A DNA stretch of 63,853 bases, counting the filler, from Octopus bimaculoides (lineage: Eukaryota): assembly GCF_001194135.2 (NCBI RefSeq). It is 7 parts of 6 records of this genome, joined end to end, with 100 filler letters (N's around TTAATTAATTAA, not from the genome) between each part and the next. Parts side by side here need not be neighbours in the genome. Positions count along the whole stretch, not along the records: positions 32,518 to 53,666 come from NC_068984.1; positions 53,767 to 55,969 come from NW_026422816.1; positions 56,070 to 57,803 come from NC_069004.1; positions 57,904 to 62,070 come from NC_068991.1; positions 62,171 to 63,853 come from NC_068982.1; 2 more parts are not named here. The stretch is one strand, 5' to 3'. Made by a program: the position numbers and the translations under genes. The notes under the pieces are model-generated. The model did no database searches, was not told the DNA's origin, and worked only from the letters and a program-made list of their open reading frames with translations. Positions 50,786 to 63,690 of the stretch are shown here, piece by piece; positions within the stretch are counted from its first letter, which is position 1, and every line of letters starts with the position of its first letter.

Positions 50786-53146
50786 CCCTTGGTCTACCAG
50801 AGAAAAATGTATGTCACTAATTACCAACTGGTTCCAATGGACCCAATATTTTTCTTTTAATTAAATTTTATTCAAACTACTACTGTTTCTTAGCTACATT
50901 ATATATACTATCAGGTGAATGAAGAATTACTGTTTCTCACAAATTTTAATAAAAAAAAAAACAGCTTACAGAATATATTACAATTTTTTTTTTTAATTAC
51001 AAAAATACAGAATTATAGCTCTCCATGGCAGTGAAGGCAGACAACATTGGAATGTTCATGGCAAATATGGCTATTATAATTCTTACATGTAGTACGAGCT
51101 TTCCTGTCTTGTTTTGGGCCACACAAAGAACATCTTCCTTTTTTCTTTGGCTGAGGAATCGCAAATGAGGTTGAAGATCGTCTTCTTTTTTTGTTTGGTT
51201 GAGAAATGTTAGCAGAACTAGAAGATTGTTTGTCATGTTCTTGTTTAGCATTAACTCCAGCAAGTTCCTTTCCTAACTGAATTAGGCACTGTCTTCTTTT
51301 ATCCTTGAAACTTTGCAAGTGAAGTTGTTTAGCAACAATGAAAGCATTCACTGCACTTATATCAATCATGTTGTAGAATATAACCATAGGCCATCTTCGA
51401 GTCATTCTTTTGCAAGTGTATGTCCTTACCATCTTATCTAGGGTATCTACTCCTCCTTTTGTTTTGTTATAACATGTAATAACTTCAGGTTTCTTTTCAC
51501 CACTTTTTGAATCAATTGAAAACTGGGAGTGCATTCTACTCATAACTGTGACAACATAATTTTTCTTGGGACAATAAGATAGGATCATAGAATCCTTTTG
51601 AAATCTAAATATTGTGCTGTTAATTTCTCTTTCTTTTCCATTTGTGAAAGAACTTGGAAGTTCAACTCTGTTCTTTCTAATTGTTCCAACTAAAGTAGTT
51701 TTCTTGCTAAGCAACTTTCGAGCCAATCCTAGACTTGTAAAAGAATTATCACAGGTTATATTGCGATCAGTATTTTCAAGTTCTTTTACTAGGTCTTCAA
51801 CAACTCTTGAACCTTGAGTTGTCTCTCTCCCTTTTATTAGGTCTTTTCTAGTGCAGATTTGCATTTTCCAGGCATAAGATGTTTCACTGTTGCATATTGC
51901 CCAAATTTTAATTCCATATTTCTCTTTGAAGGAATATTCCATATTTCCCTTTGAAGGAATTTTAATTCAATATTTCCCTTTGAAGGAATATATACCCAGA
52001 ATGGGCAGCGCCCTCTGAATGAAACTAATTGTTCATCAAACGTCATGCATAAACTTGGAACATATCCATCTTGCAAATTCTGATTCCACATTTCAAATAC
52101 TTTCTTATGGGCTCCAATTTATCATCACTTCTCTTTTTTCTTCTTCCACTAGCATCATCAAAACACAATACTTCTAAAATCTGTTGAAATCTTCCCCGGC
52201 TCATAATTTTGTTGAATATTGGGCGGCCATCTTGACTCTATAATTGTGTGATATTTTCATGTTTAGATTTATAAACGCCTATAAGAATAATCAGTCCAAT
52301 AAATTTCTTTAGTTCAGAGTGATCAATATCCTTCCATTTATCTTTGTAAACAACCTGACCTTCAATATTTGTCCATTTACGAATTACTTCAAGAAGATTC
52401 TGGCGCATAAAGATAGTAAAACATGTTTCAATGTTACCACAAGACCTTTTAGCAAAACGGGATGGTCCACATTCTTGGCGCACAGTATTGCAAGATGAAG
52501 TTCTTACTGCTGCTTGAGTAGGAGGATTTGAATGCCAAACTTCTTGTCTGTTTCTAGAAACAATCCATAATTGGGTGGCTTGCAGATAATTGTTTTTGAA
52601 TATCTTCATCATCTGATGACACAGAATCTAAACTGTCCAGCACACAATCACTTTCACCACCATCTTCAGAGCAATAGAAGGAATCACTACTATCTTCTTC
52701 CCGTTCTTCATTTAATTTCAATAACCTTTTCGATATTTAGTCTTCACTCAAGCTTTCACGTCTAGGCATATTGGAAAGCACAACTAAACTATATGAAACT
52801 TGATAGCAGACTGAAGGCAGATATTGCTCTCTCACATATTTATACTCTCCTGAAAGATGATGCAATATATTGTAAGAATTGCATCATCACATAGAAATAT
52901 TGCATCACCCTGTAACCTAGCAGATTGAAGGTGATGCAATACCACACAAATTTACAGGAATATTTTAAAAATTTTTCCTATTTTTTCTAAAATTCAGCAA
53001 TTAAATTGAATACGATTTTATTTATTTTATATCTGATAAATATCTAGGAAAATAATATTTGATACTGCTTTTATTCTGTTTAGAATGACAAGAGTATTGT
53101 CTGAACTTAATTCGAGGGTCCAACGGACCCATACGGTAATTAATGT
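50786..53146 (-). mobile_element. piggyBac transposon, near full length (about 2.36 kb), inactivated transposase
   Basis: TTAA-CCCTT end at 50782-50790, degenerate other end. Transposase from ATG at 52769 to stop at 51013 in broken frames, with DEQ, CDNSFTS and GGVDTLD catalytic motifs and a C-terminal Cys-rich domain. Confidence 0.92.
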
Positions 53147-53842
53147 ATAAAGTGAAATTTTCTAGCTTTTATAAACATACGGAAAATTTCCCATTTGACA
53201 AATAAAAGAGAGTCAAGGAAAAATAAGAGTCACAAGAAATCAGTAGAATCAAATAATATAAACAGTAGGAAAAAGCAACTGAAATGGGTCCATTGAAAAA
53301 ATTGAAATGGGTTCATTTGTCTGTCCTTGTTTGTCCCCTCTATGTTTAGCCCCTTGTGGGCAATAAAAAAATAAGAAACAGAATTAGGGTATAGAGGAGA
53401 GTAATTTAGTGAATGTATTTGCGTTGAACCCTAGTAGTGTAAATGGGGGTGAAGAAAAGGGGGAAGTCCGTCCCGGGTGACTCTTGGGTTTGTTGCATAA
53501 GCTTGTACAGGCGAGGGGAGGTGTGGAGGCAAGACACTCAAGGGCTGCTCTGGGTGGTATATACTCTACCTACACTACTGATACCCACGTGTGTAAAACG
53601 CGGGAAATGCGAACGAGAAGTCGATTAAAAAGTGAAATGAGAAAGGAGAAAAAAAGAAATGAAAGGNNNNNNNNNNNNNNNNNNNNNNNNNNNNNNNNNN
53701 NNNNNNNNNNTTAATTAATTAANNNNNNNNNNNNNNNNNNNNNNNNNNNNNNNNNNNNNNNNNNNNTATATATGCGTGTATATGTATATATTTAATTATA
53801 TATGTATACGTGTACACACACACACACATATATATATGGATG

Positions 53843-53874
<32 letters not shown>

Positions 53875-54297
53875 TATAGATATTGACATGTATGTATATA
53901 TATATATATGCATGTATGTATGAGTGTGTGTGTGTGTGTGCGTGCATGTATATATGTATGTGTGTGGTGGTGAGGTGGTGTGTATTTTGGCGGCTCTAAA
54001 TATATTTTCTATCTCCCTTAATTCGTGTTTTCTTAGAAAGAATCTCGATAAAAACCTGTTGTATATCCTAAACAGAGAGCGTTATGTCAACAATGCGGTG
54101 CAGTGTGATCTTTCCGGACCATATTGCAGTTAGTACGTAATACAGAGCCGTGTGGTGGTTGGTGGAGATGTGTAGTGTATCGTTTGGTGAGGTGCAGTAT
54201 TGGAGGGAGTTTTGTGGGGTTGTGTAGTTTGGTAACGTAAAGAAAATATTAATCATGTGTAAGTGTGTGTGAGAGAGAGAGTCTATGTTAATCTCTA

Positions 54298-54338
<41 letters not shown>

Positions 54339-55519
54339 CTCTGTTTATCTCTCAATATAGATATGAATATCTCTATCTCACTCTGTCTCTCTCTATCTCT
54401 CCCTCTCTTTCTCCTTCTCTTTCACTCTCTCTCTCACACAGTCTCTCTCGATTTATATATATATATATATATATATATGCCACCATATTTCTTTCTCTCC
54501 TCTGTCTCTCTTTCTTTCTCTCTCACACACACACTCACACACACACATACAGACGCATGCGCGCATGCCCTCGGCGAGTTTCGACAGACACCCCAGGAAG
54601 ATTTTCAAATTAATTCCACAGAGAGAGACAGAGAAAAGAAAAGACAGAGATAGAGGACGAGAAAGAAAGAAAGACAGAAAGAAAGAAAGACAGAAAGAAA
54701 GAAAGAAAGAAAGACAGAAAGACAGAAAGGGGAGAGAGAGAGAGAGAGAGAAATAGGGAAATGACTGAAATAGAGAGAGAGAGAGAGAGAGGNNNNNNNN
54801 NNNNNNNNNNNNNNNNNNNNNNNNNNNNNNNNNNNNNNNNNNNNNNNNNNNNNNNNNNNNNNNNNNNNNNNNNNNNNNNNNNNNNNNNNNNNNNNNNNNN
54901 NNNNNNNNNNNNNNNNNNNNNNNNNNNNNNNNNNNNNNNNNNNNNNNNNNNNNNNNNNNNNNNNNNNNNNNNNNNNNNNNNNNNNNNNNNNNNNNNNNNN
55001 NNNNNNNNNNNNNNNNNNNNNNNNNNNNNNNNNNNNNNNNNNNNNNNNNNNNNNNNNNNNNNNNNNNNNNNNNNNNNNNNNNNNNNNNNNNNNNNNNNNN
55101 NNNNNNNNNNNNNNNNNNNNNNNNNNNNNNNNNNNNNNNNNNNNNNNNNNNNNNNNNNNNNNNNNNNNNNNNNNNNNNNNNNNNNNNNNNNNAAGAAGAA
55201 GAAGAAGAAGTTGAAGAAGAAGAAGAAGAAGTTGAAGAAGAAGAAGAAGAAGAAGAAGAAGAAGAAGAAGAAGAAGAAGAAGAAGAAGAAGAAGAAGAAG
55301 AAGAAGAAGCACTACATAACGACGTCGACGACAAAAGCAACGAGAACAAACACACCAACAACAGAAGAATCGATATAAACAACAACAACAACCTCAACAA
55401 CAACAACAACAACAACAACAATCGCGTCAGGAACAGCAACAATAGAAGCAAAAACAACAACAACAACAACAACAACANNNNNNNNNNACAACAACAACAA
55501 CAACAACAACAATAGTCAA

Positions 55520-55680
55520 TATGTGGCAGAAGTGTGACGAAGTGAATAAACCTTGCTCCGGGGTAACATGGCGCTGTGTTTTATTACAAACTGGCTTCCA
55601 TTATTGGTAATGACGTCACAAACAAGATGGCGGCGGTGCGTGCAGCAACGGGATCGCATCTGTTTAATATTGATGGCCTG

Positions 55681-55682
<2 letters not shown>
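55520..55682 (+). promoter_or_regulatory. Candidate promoter/enhancer island (YY1, CRE, CCAAT)
   Basis: AACATGGCG at 55565, ATTGG at 55603, TGACGTCA at 55611-55618 and CAAGATGGCGGC at 55623-55634 clustered in a CpG-containing island between microsatellites. Confidence 0.5.
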
Positions 55683-55711
<29 letters not shown>

Positions 55712-56069
55712 TGTATGTGGGGGTAGGGTTGTGTGTGTGGGGGGGGTCTATGTGTGCATATATATATATATGTGTGTGTGTGTGTGCGTGTGCGTGTGTG
55801 TTTGTGTGTATCTATATATATATGTATTTGTGCCCATGCGTATATATATATATGCGTATTGTGTGTGCTTGTGTGTGTGTGCATAAGAATGTAGATATTT
55901 GTGTATATAAATGTGTGTCTATGCTGGAGTAATGTTCATTCGAATGTATATATATATATATATGTATATNNNNNNNNNNNNNNNNNNNNNNNNNNNNNNN
56001 NNNNNNNNNNNNNTTAATTAATTAANNNNNNNNNNNNNNNNNNNNNNNNNNNNNNNNNNNNNNNNNNNN

Positions 56070-56225
56070 CCCCCCCCCCATCGCTTGACAACCGATGTTG
56101 GTGTGCTTACATCCCCGTAACATAGCGGTTCAGCAAAAGAGTCCGATGGAATAAGTACTAGGTAGAATAAATACCAGGTTTTAAAAAGACAGTACTAGCG
56201 TTGATTCATTCAACTAAATTTCAAA
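56070..56225 (+). mobile_element. SINE family C, 3' part
   Basis: ccatcgcttgacaaccgatgttggtgtgcttacatccccgtaacatagcggttc. Confidence 0.8.
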
Positions 56226-56239
56226 GATGCTGAAAATTC

Positions 56240-56700
56240 TTATCTCCTTCAAAGATCCTGTGACGACAATGCACTTGCTGTAGAGCCCCAACCCCTTCAT
56301 GAAGGCCCTATGGAAATCCCCAAAACGAAGGTGTCGAGGACCCTAGTCACAGCCTCCTTCATCTTCTACTTCTTCGGCTTGGAGAACAACCAAAAGTCAC
56401 AGGGAGCAAGGTTTGGAGTGTAGGGAGGGAAAGGGGACAGTTTTGATGCCCTTCTCTGTCAAGGACCAGGAAAGTTACCAGGATGGAATTGTATACATTT
56501 GCATTCTCTTGGTGCAGATGATCTGGGTTTTTGCAAAGAAATCTCTTCCTGAAATCCGTCAAAATCTCAACAGAGCACTTTTTGCTGACCGTCTGATGAG
56601 AAGGAACTCAGCGGATGTAAACGATGCACATACTGTGTAAAATAGGGATCGCCAGGAGCACATCGGTGGGCTAGCATTTCCTGGCCGCTTGCGCAAGCGA
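56240..56700 (-). mobile_element. mariner transposase 3' remnant (DD34D type)
   Basis: Broken frames read HQENANVYNS, KGIKTVP and PPYTPNLAPCDFWLF. Confidence 0.8.
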
Positions 56701-56989
56701 AAATCAAATGTTTGGCTCACACAACTTAATTCCTAAGCAGTGTGGAGCACTTCAAAAGTTTCTGCAGCATTCTCCACCCAGTTACACACAAATCATTATC
56801 GCATAGGGAACTTCTAAATTGTAGCAGGATGTGTTCAAAGTGCTGTTACAACCGTCTCCTTCATTCAGGATTAACAAAAGTTGGCAGGTCAGCTTATTAG
56901 GTGTATAGGAATGACATACTAAAATTACAATAATCTAGAATAGTTATTACTGTCTCTCCTAAAAAAGTATCAAAACTTCTGGAATGCAC

Positions 56990-57064
<75 letters not shown>

Positions 57065-57174
57065 AGTCTGACTGTCTTTCTGTCTGTCTGTGAGTCTGTC
57101 TTCTGTCTGCATGCTTACCTACCTACCTACCTACGAACCTACTCACAAATGTACCTACCTATCTACCTACCTAC

Positions 57175-57246
<72 letters not shown>

Positions 57247-57624
57247 GAATCAATCTGTCTGTCTGCTTATCTGCCTTTCTCACTCTCTCTCTATCTATTT
57301 ATCTGTCTATCTATCTCTCTATCTATCTATCTATGTGTGTGTATATATGTTTATATATACGTACACTCACATGCACACACATACTCTGTATGCACGTGTG
57401 TGTGTGTATGTCTGTGTGTGTGTTGGTGTCTGTGTGTGTGTTGGTGTCTGTGTGTGTATGTGTGTGTGTGTGTGTGTGTGGGTGTGTGTGTGTGGGTGTC
57501 TGGTGTGTTTGTACAAGTGAACATGTTGGCTTCAGATGTGTAGTGATCGTACAAAATTTCTTCACTGTTGTATGGAAATGCGTGGGAAGGTGTTTAGATT
57601 GAGTGATTGTGTGAAACAGAAGAC

Positions 57625-57660
<36 letters not shown>

Positions 57661-57917
57661 CTAAAAAGAGAGAGAAAGAGAGGGAGAGATAGACGAGAGA
57701 GAGAGAGAGCGATAGACGAGAGAGAGCGTGTTAGATAGATAAATTGATAGAAAGTGTGTGAGAGAAAGAGAGCGAGATAGAAAATGACGGTATTGAGTAA
57801 GATNNNNNNNNNNNNNNNNNNNNNNNNNNNNNNNNNNNNNNNNNNNNTTAATTAATTAANNNNNNNNNNNNNNNNNNNNNNNNNNNNNNNNNNNNNNNNN
57901 NNNATATATATATATAT

Positions 57918-58230
57918 AGGCACATGCAAGAATGTGCGGTAAGAGGTTTGTTTCCTAACCGAATAGCTCCGGATTTAATTTTCAACAAGAGCCGCGGGAC
58001 AACCAAAGCCTTGGTAATGGAAACTGAATGAAGCCCGTCGTATATGTTTGTGCGTGTGTCTTTGTGTCTGTATTTATCCTCATTACTGCTTGACAAATGG
58101 TGTTGTTGTGGTTACGTACCCGTAAATTATCGGTTCGGTAAAAGTGGCCGACTGAATAATTGCTGGGCTTAAAAAGTCCCTAAGTGGATTCGTTCCACTA
58201 AAATCCATCCGTATGATGCCTCGGCATGGC
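57918..58230 (+). mobile_element. SINE family C, degenerate with internal deletion
   Basis: Head ggcacatgc..gtgcggtaagagg, accaaagccttg, gaagcccgtcgtatat and tail segments. Confidence 0.65.
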
Positions 58231-60919
58231 CTCAGATACTTTTACACAGAGAGTAACTGTCAACATAATTTACTTTAAGGTATGGATGACGTAAGTTTAC
58301 TTTTAACTTCCTCATTCTTGCAAACACCAAGTAGATAGTTAACTCGCTTTGTGATCATGAGTGTACCAAACTTCACATATGCGCATGCTCACATTTTCGC
58401 GGATGCTTGTATGAGCGAGTGTACTCGCGCCATGCAGCTTGCCCGAGGGCATTTATACATCCATATTTGTTAACGGTTATTTTTAATACTTTTCTCGCTG
58501 ATTTGCGTGTTCGTTTCTCTTTTTTCCATCTGTGATTTTATTTTTGATCTTTTTATGTAAATGAAGATATTTCCTCCGTCTGGCTGCTTTTCTTTCTACA
58601 AAAGAAAAGGTGACATTGCAGAACTGTCATTTTAACGAGTTGTGTCTATTTCTTCATTATGCTTTCTTTCAGATCATTGGTTTATGGCCGTTTTTTATTC
58701 TTTTTTTAGTATACATTACTCATTCTTAATAGATTACGAAACCAAAATGGGTATCAGTTTGGCACTTTCTCAGATTTCGCAATATCCAACTGACTTCTCT
58801 GTTCACTCGCAATTATTTTGTTTCAAAGACTACGTATTCCTTTCAGCAAATCTAAAAGTTTTCAAATCCACTTGTTATGTGTACCGGTTTCGTTCTTTCA
58901 GGCATGATTATATTTGAGGATTTAGTATTCCCTTGTGGAAAATGTACTTATGTTATTTGGAACGTTTAGATGTATGCTCAAAAGTCTTGTTTATCTTAAT
59001 ATCGTAGAAAATAACAACTATAGTTCTCTACGTGTTTTTATTTAATTCAAGATTTGTATATCAAAATAGACTCGAGTGCTTTCCAAGTGGCGATGAGAAT
59101 ATAAGATACAATTATTTTCATCATAATCATCATGGCAATTCTATTTGAAAAAGTAAGTTGTACTCTACAAATTTTCGTATTCATGAATAAAAGTGAAGTT
59201 ATATGTGACATATCTGACGTATGGAATGGTAACACAACAGTCGATGTGGTGTCTCAGTATGGTCGCTGTCCAATGACCAAACCTGTAAAGGAATAAACTG
59301 ATAAGCTTGTCTAATTTAAAGATGAATCACCAGCGTAGAAAACGATATCATAGAACGTCTTAGAAAAGCTACAAATAATTGACGAAGAACATATATTTAT
59401 TATTTTATTTGTTTATTTATTTTATTTCTTACTACAAAAATAACAATAATTATATTTTTTTACGCTCAATTACGTATAAAAATTTTAGTTGTTAATTGGG
59501 AAAAATGTATGTGGATGTATAAGAAACTATTTTGAATGCAACGTTAGTTTAAGAAAATATTTTGTTTTGTATAATTGTTTTCGTGAGTGAAGTTCTGTAT
59601 GTCAGTTGAGCTACATTTAATATTCTCAGAACATGGTTCTATCATAACTTTAGTTAAATATGATGATCCCATAAAAAGTGTCAGTTGATTCACTCCCAGC
59701 ATCACATTTCAAGTGTGATAGAACCCGCAGAAAATAACCACTTCCTTTTATGACAACTTTATATTATATTACTTCGCATTATCCTCTGCTGTGGTTTCCG
59801 TAACGTTAGATTTACAGATTTTCTACTTGTCATAACATACAAAGCAAAGTGGTCTCTCACGCATAAGAAGTTCAACAGAAATAATCTTGTCTCTTGATCA
59901 GCAAACCTTTCGTTGTTATCTGTCACGAGAGCATCCGATTAAGCCTTTCCGTTCTTAAGCTCAACGTTTCCTTCCTTTTGACTCTTTCTAACATACGTTC
60001 TCTCAATTCTTCTACTCTACACGGTCGCATTATATATATCAATATTCGTTCAGTATATAAAAGAATTTATATTACTTTTATATGCAAACGCATATACACA
60101 AATGATGGCGCTCCTCGAGCACTTTTTTAAACTTAAACTTCTACGCATAAACCCAGTCGCAAAGAGCAGATGCGCCTCACCAGATACACACGGTTTCCAG
60201 GAATAGAGACTTCACAAACATACATCTAAGTGATTTCGAGCTTCCTCTTCTTTACTATTACAAAGAATCGATCATTGCATATGAAAGAAACAATATTACT
60301 ATACCTCACTAACCAATATACATGTGAAGCCTAGAAAATCGATATAAATAATCGATTTCACTATATTTCATGATTTGATCTGTCATGGTGACTTCAAATA
60401 TATAATATTAGCAAATAAACATCTCAGTGATTGGGTTTCTACTTCAGAACAACACGCTACAGCAGCGAGCAATTTATCATATATAAGACTGAAATAAATC
60501 CGTAATTGTACATAAATCCGTGTTAGTACTTCTACTCTACATTCAGTAATGTAGGCTGAGTAAAACACGGATTTTCGACTGATTGACAATGTCTCACACA
60601 ACAAAATACTTTAACCATTGGCACAGGACTGTACTGTTTCTTCTCTATGCCTCTTCTACATTGTTATATCCTTCCATATATGTGTCTTTTCTTCTCTCAT
60701 CCGTATCATATCACTAACTCGCAAACCTTACATGAAATATTGTTGCTTAATCATTCAACTTGTATGCAGTTTAAAAACGTAGGCTCACATAAATTACCCT
60801 CCGATTTTTACATATATATGTGCAAATGATATCAAAGCAAAGAGAACAGTGTATGAGTCTCTCAATAATATAGTAACTGTTGATTGTTGGGTCTAAAGTC
60901 TAAAGAGTTAGTTGTGTGC

Positions 60920-60973
<54 letters not shown>

Positions 60974-61414
60974 NNNNNNNNNNNNNNNNNNNNNNNNNNN
61001 NNNNNNNNNNNNNNNNNNNNNNNNNNNNNNNNNNNNNNNNNNNNNNNNNNNNNNNNNNNNNNNNNNNNNNNNNNNNNNNNNNNNNNNNNNNNNNNNNNNN
61101 NNNNNNNNNNNNNNNNNNNNNNNNNNNNNNNNNNNNNNNNNNNNNNNNNNNNNNNNNNNNNNNNNNNNNNNNNNNNNNNNNNNNNNNNNNATTTAACATG
61201 AAACCAATAACAGCCTTTATTCACAAATAAAGAAATAATATCCACCAATACAATGTTGAACACTCATTTTCATCGTTCAACATTCACAGACACATACACA
61301 CACACATATATAAGTATACACCTAGGGGACGCACAAAACCACAAGACAAACACACATAGCTATATATATATAAATATATAGAAATAATATATATATATAT
61401 ATACACATATATAT

Positions 61415-61464
<50 letters not shown>

Positions 61465-61580
61465 ATACACAGGTATAAGTTTGAGGTGTTTAAAACCTAC
61501 AAGGGATGGTTAATCCAAAGGAGCTCCCCATTCTTCGTCTTTATTCTCGTAACAATGTATCTACCTCTACATATGACACT

Positions 61581-61634
61581 GCATTCTGACGATGTCTATC
61601 ACCACAAATGGTAAACAGAAACGATCGTAAATGT
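61581..61634 (+). ncRNA. Well-formed minimal type I hammerhead ribozyme
   Basis: GCATT-CTGACGA-TGTCTATC ACCACAAAT GGTAAACA-GAAA-CGATCGT-A-AATGT. All core bases intact, 8-nt palindrome ACGATCGT as stem III, GUA cleavage triplet. Confidence 0.8.
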
Positions 61635-61746
61635 ACTCTTACTACCACTTTTCTTTATTGATTAATTAAACAATGGCTTACTAGTGCATACGACCAAGTT
61701 CTTCCTGTTAGTTCTCCTCCATTTTCTTTTTGCATATATATTTATA

Positions 61747-61970
61747 TTGGGTTGTGTCTGGGGAGAGTCATTTTCTAATCGTGCCTTAAAATTTAACACA
61801 TTCACCGTTAAAATTTCCACTTATTATTTTTATTCTCCTAAAATTTTCGTTGCGTCTTGCAACCTTTTCAATAGTCGTGGATAATAATAATAATAAGTGG
61901 AAATTTTAACGGTGAATGTGTTAAATTTTAAGGCACGATAAGAAAATGACTCTCCCCAGATACAACAGAA
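61747..61970. mobile_element. Foldback MITE with about 80-bp TIRs and TA TSD
   Basis: 61751-61828 and 61889-61966 are reverse complements at 76/78. TA at 61745-61746 and 61971-61972. Confidence 0.85.
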
Positions 61971-62409
61971 TATGCTTCAACACACGAAATCACATAAAAA
62001 ATCTTGCAAACCAAATCCAAAAACAAAATATTCATATTGGGTTGTCCGGAAAGTTTGTGCCGATTTATAGNNNNNNNNNNNNNNNNNNNNNNNNNNNNNN
62101 NNNNNNNNNNNNNNTTAATTAATTAANNNNNNNNNNNNNNNNNNNNNNNNNNNNNNNNNNNNNNNNNNNNATAGAAAAATTTAATAAGTAAATACACTAA
62201 AAAGACCTATAATAAATATCAAGAAAGTACAAAGTGAATTTTCATGGATGAGTTCAATAATTATGGTTTTTTTCTCTAAATTATATATTTATATATTATA
62301 TTTTGTGAAATTTAATTTAATTTTAATTTTGATAAATTAAATTAAATTGAATTTTTCCCTGTAAATTTGGATTTTTATCCCTAATATTATTATCTTTATA
62401 TATATGCAT

Positions 62410-63690
62410 ATCATCATCATCATCATCGTTTAACATCCGCTTTCCATGCTAGCATGGGTTGGACGATTGACTGAGGACTGGGTGAACCAGGAGGCGACAC
62501 CAGGCTCCAATCTGATTTGGCAGAGTTTCTGCCAACCACTCTGAGAGTGTAGTAGGTGCTTTTACGTGCCACCGGCACATGGGCCAGTCAAGCGGGTGCT
62601 GGCGATGACCACGCTCAAAATGGTGTATTTTACGTGCCACCTGCACAGGAGCCAGTCCATCGGCACTGGCAACGATCTCGCTCGAATGTCTTTTCATGTG
62701 CCACTGGCACAAGTGCCAGGAAGGCGACATTGGTAACGACCACACTGGAGCTGTTTACGTGCCATCGGTACGGAAACCAGATAGCTGCTCTGGCAACGAT
62801 CGCGCTCGGACGGTGCTGTTAGTGTTCCACTGGTACAGGTGCCATCACGATTTCGCTTGCCCCAACAGGTCTTCGCAAGCTGAGTTTAGTGTTCCTACAA
62901 ATTTAGTTCGATTCAATTTCACTTGCCTCACCATGTCTTCGCAAACGGAGTTTAGTGTCCAATGAAGGGATGTTACGCGTAAGTGGGCTGGCTACATCCC
63001 TGGCAGAAGCCTTGGATTTTGATCTCACATGGCTTGCTGGGTTTTCTCACGCACAGCATATTTCCAAAGGTCAAGGTCACAAGTCATTGCCTCAGTGAGG
63101 CCTAATGTTCGGAGTTCGTGCTTCACCACCTCATCCCAGGTCTTCCTGGGCTTGCCTCTTCCATGAGTTCCCTCAACCACTAGGGTGTGGCACTTTTTCA
63201 CACAGCTATCCTCATCCATTCTCACCACATGTCCATACCAGCGCAATCGTCTCTCTTGCACACCACAACTGATGCTTCTTATGTTCAACTTTTCTCTCAA
63301 GATACTTACACTCTGTCGGGTATGCACACTGACATTACTCATCAATCAGAGCATACTGGCTTCATTCCTTGCGGGCTTACGCACGTCCTCAGCAGTCACG
63401 GCCCATATTTCACTGCCATGTAACATAGCCATGCGTCATACATTCTGCCTTTTACTCTGAGTGAGAGACCATTTGTCACCAGTAGAGGTAAGAGCTCTCT
63501 GAACTTTGCCCAGGCTATTCTTATTCTAGCAGCTACACTTTCAGCGCACCCATCCCCACTACTAACTTGGTCACCCAGATAGCGGAAGCTATCAACTACG
63601 TCTAGTTTTTCTCCCTGGAATGAGACAGAAGTTGTTTTCTGCATATTTACAGTGTTTATTGTTTCATCAGAAATTGCTGTTGCAGCTCCT
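62410..63690 (-). mobile_element. 5'-truncated RTE LINE: ORF C-terminus, 3' UTR and (GAT)n tail
   Basis: VDSFRYLGD..ARIRIAWAKFREL, RRLRWYGHVVRM, GRGKPRKTW motifs (63025-63644) and an (ATC)n tail at 62410-62427. Confidence 0.92.
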
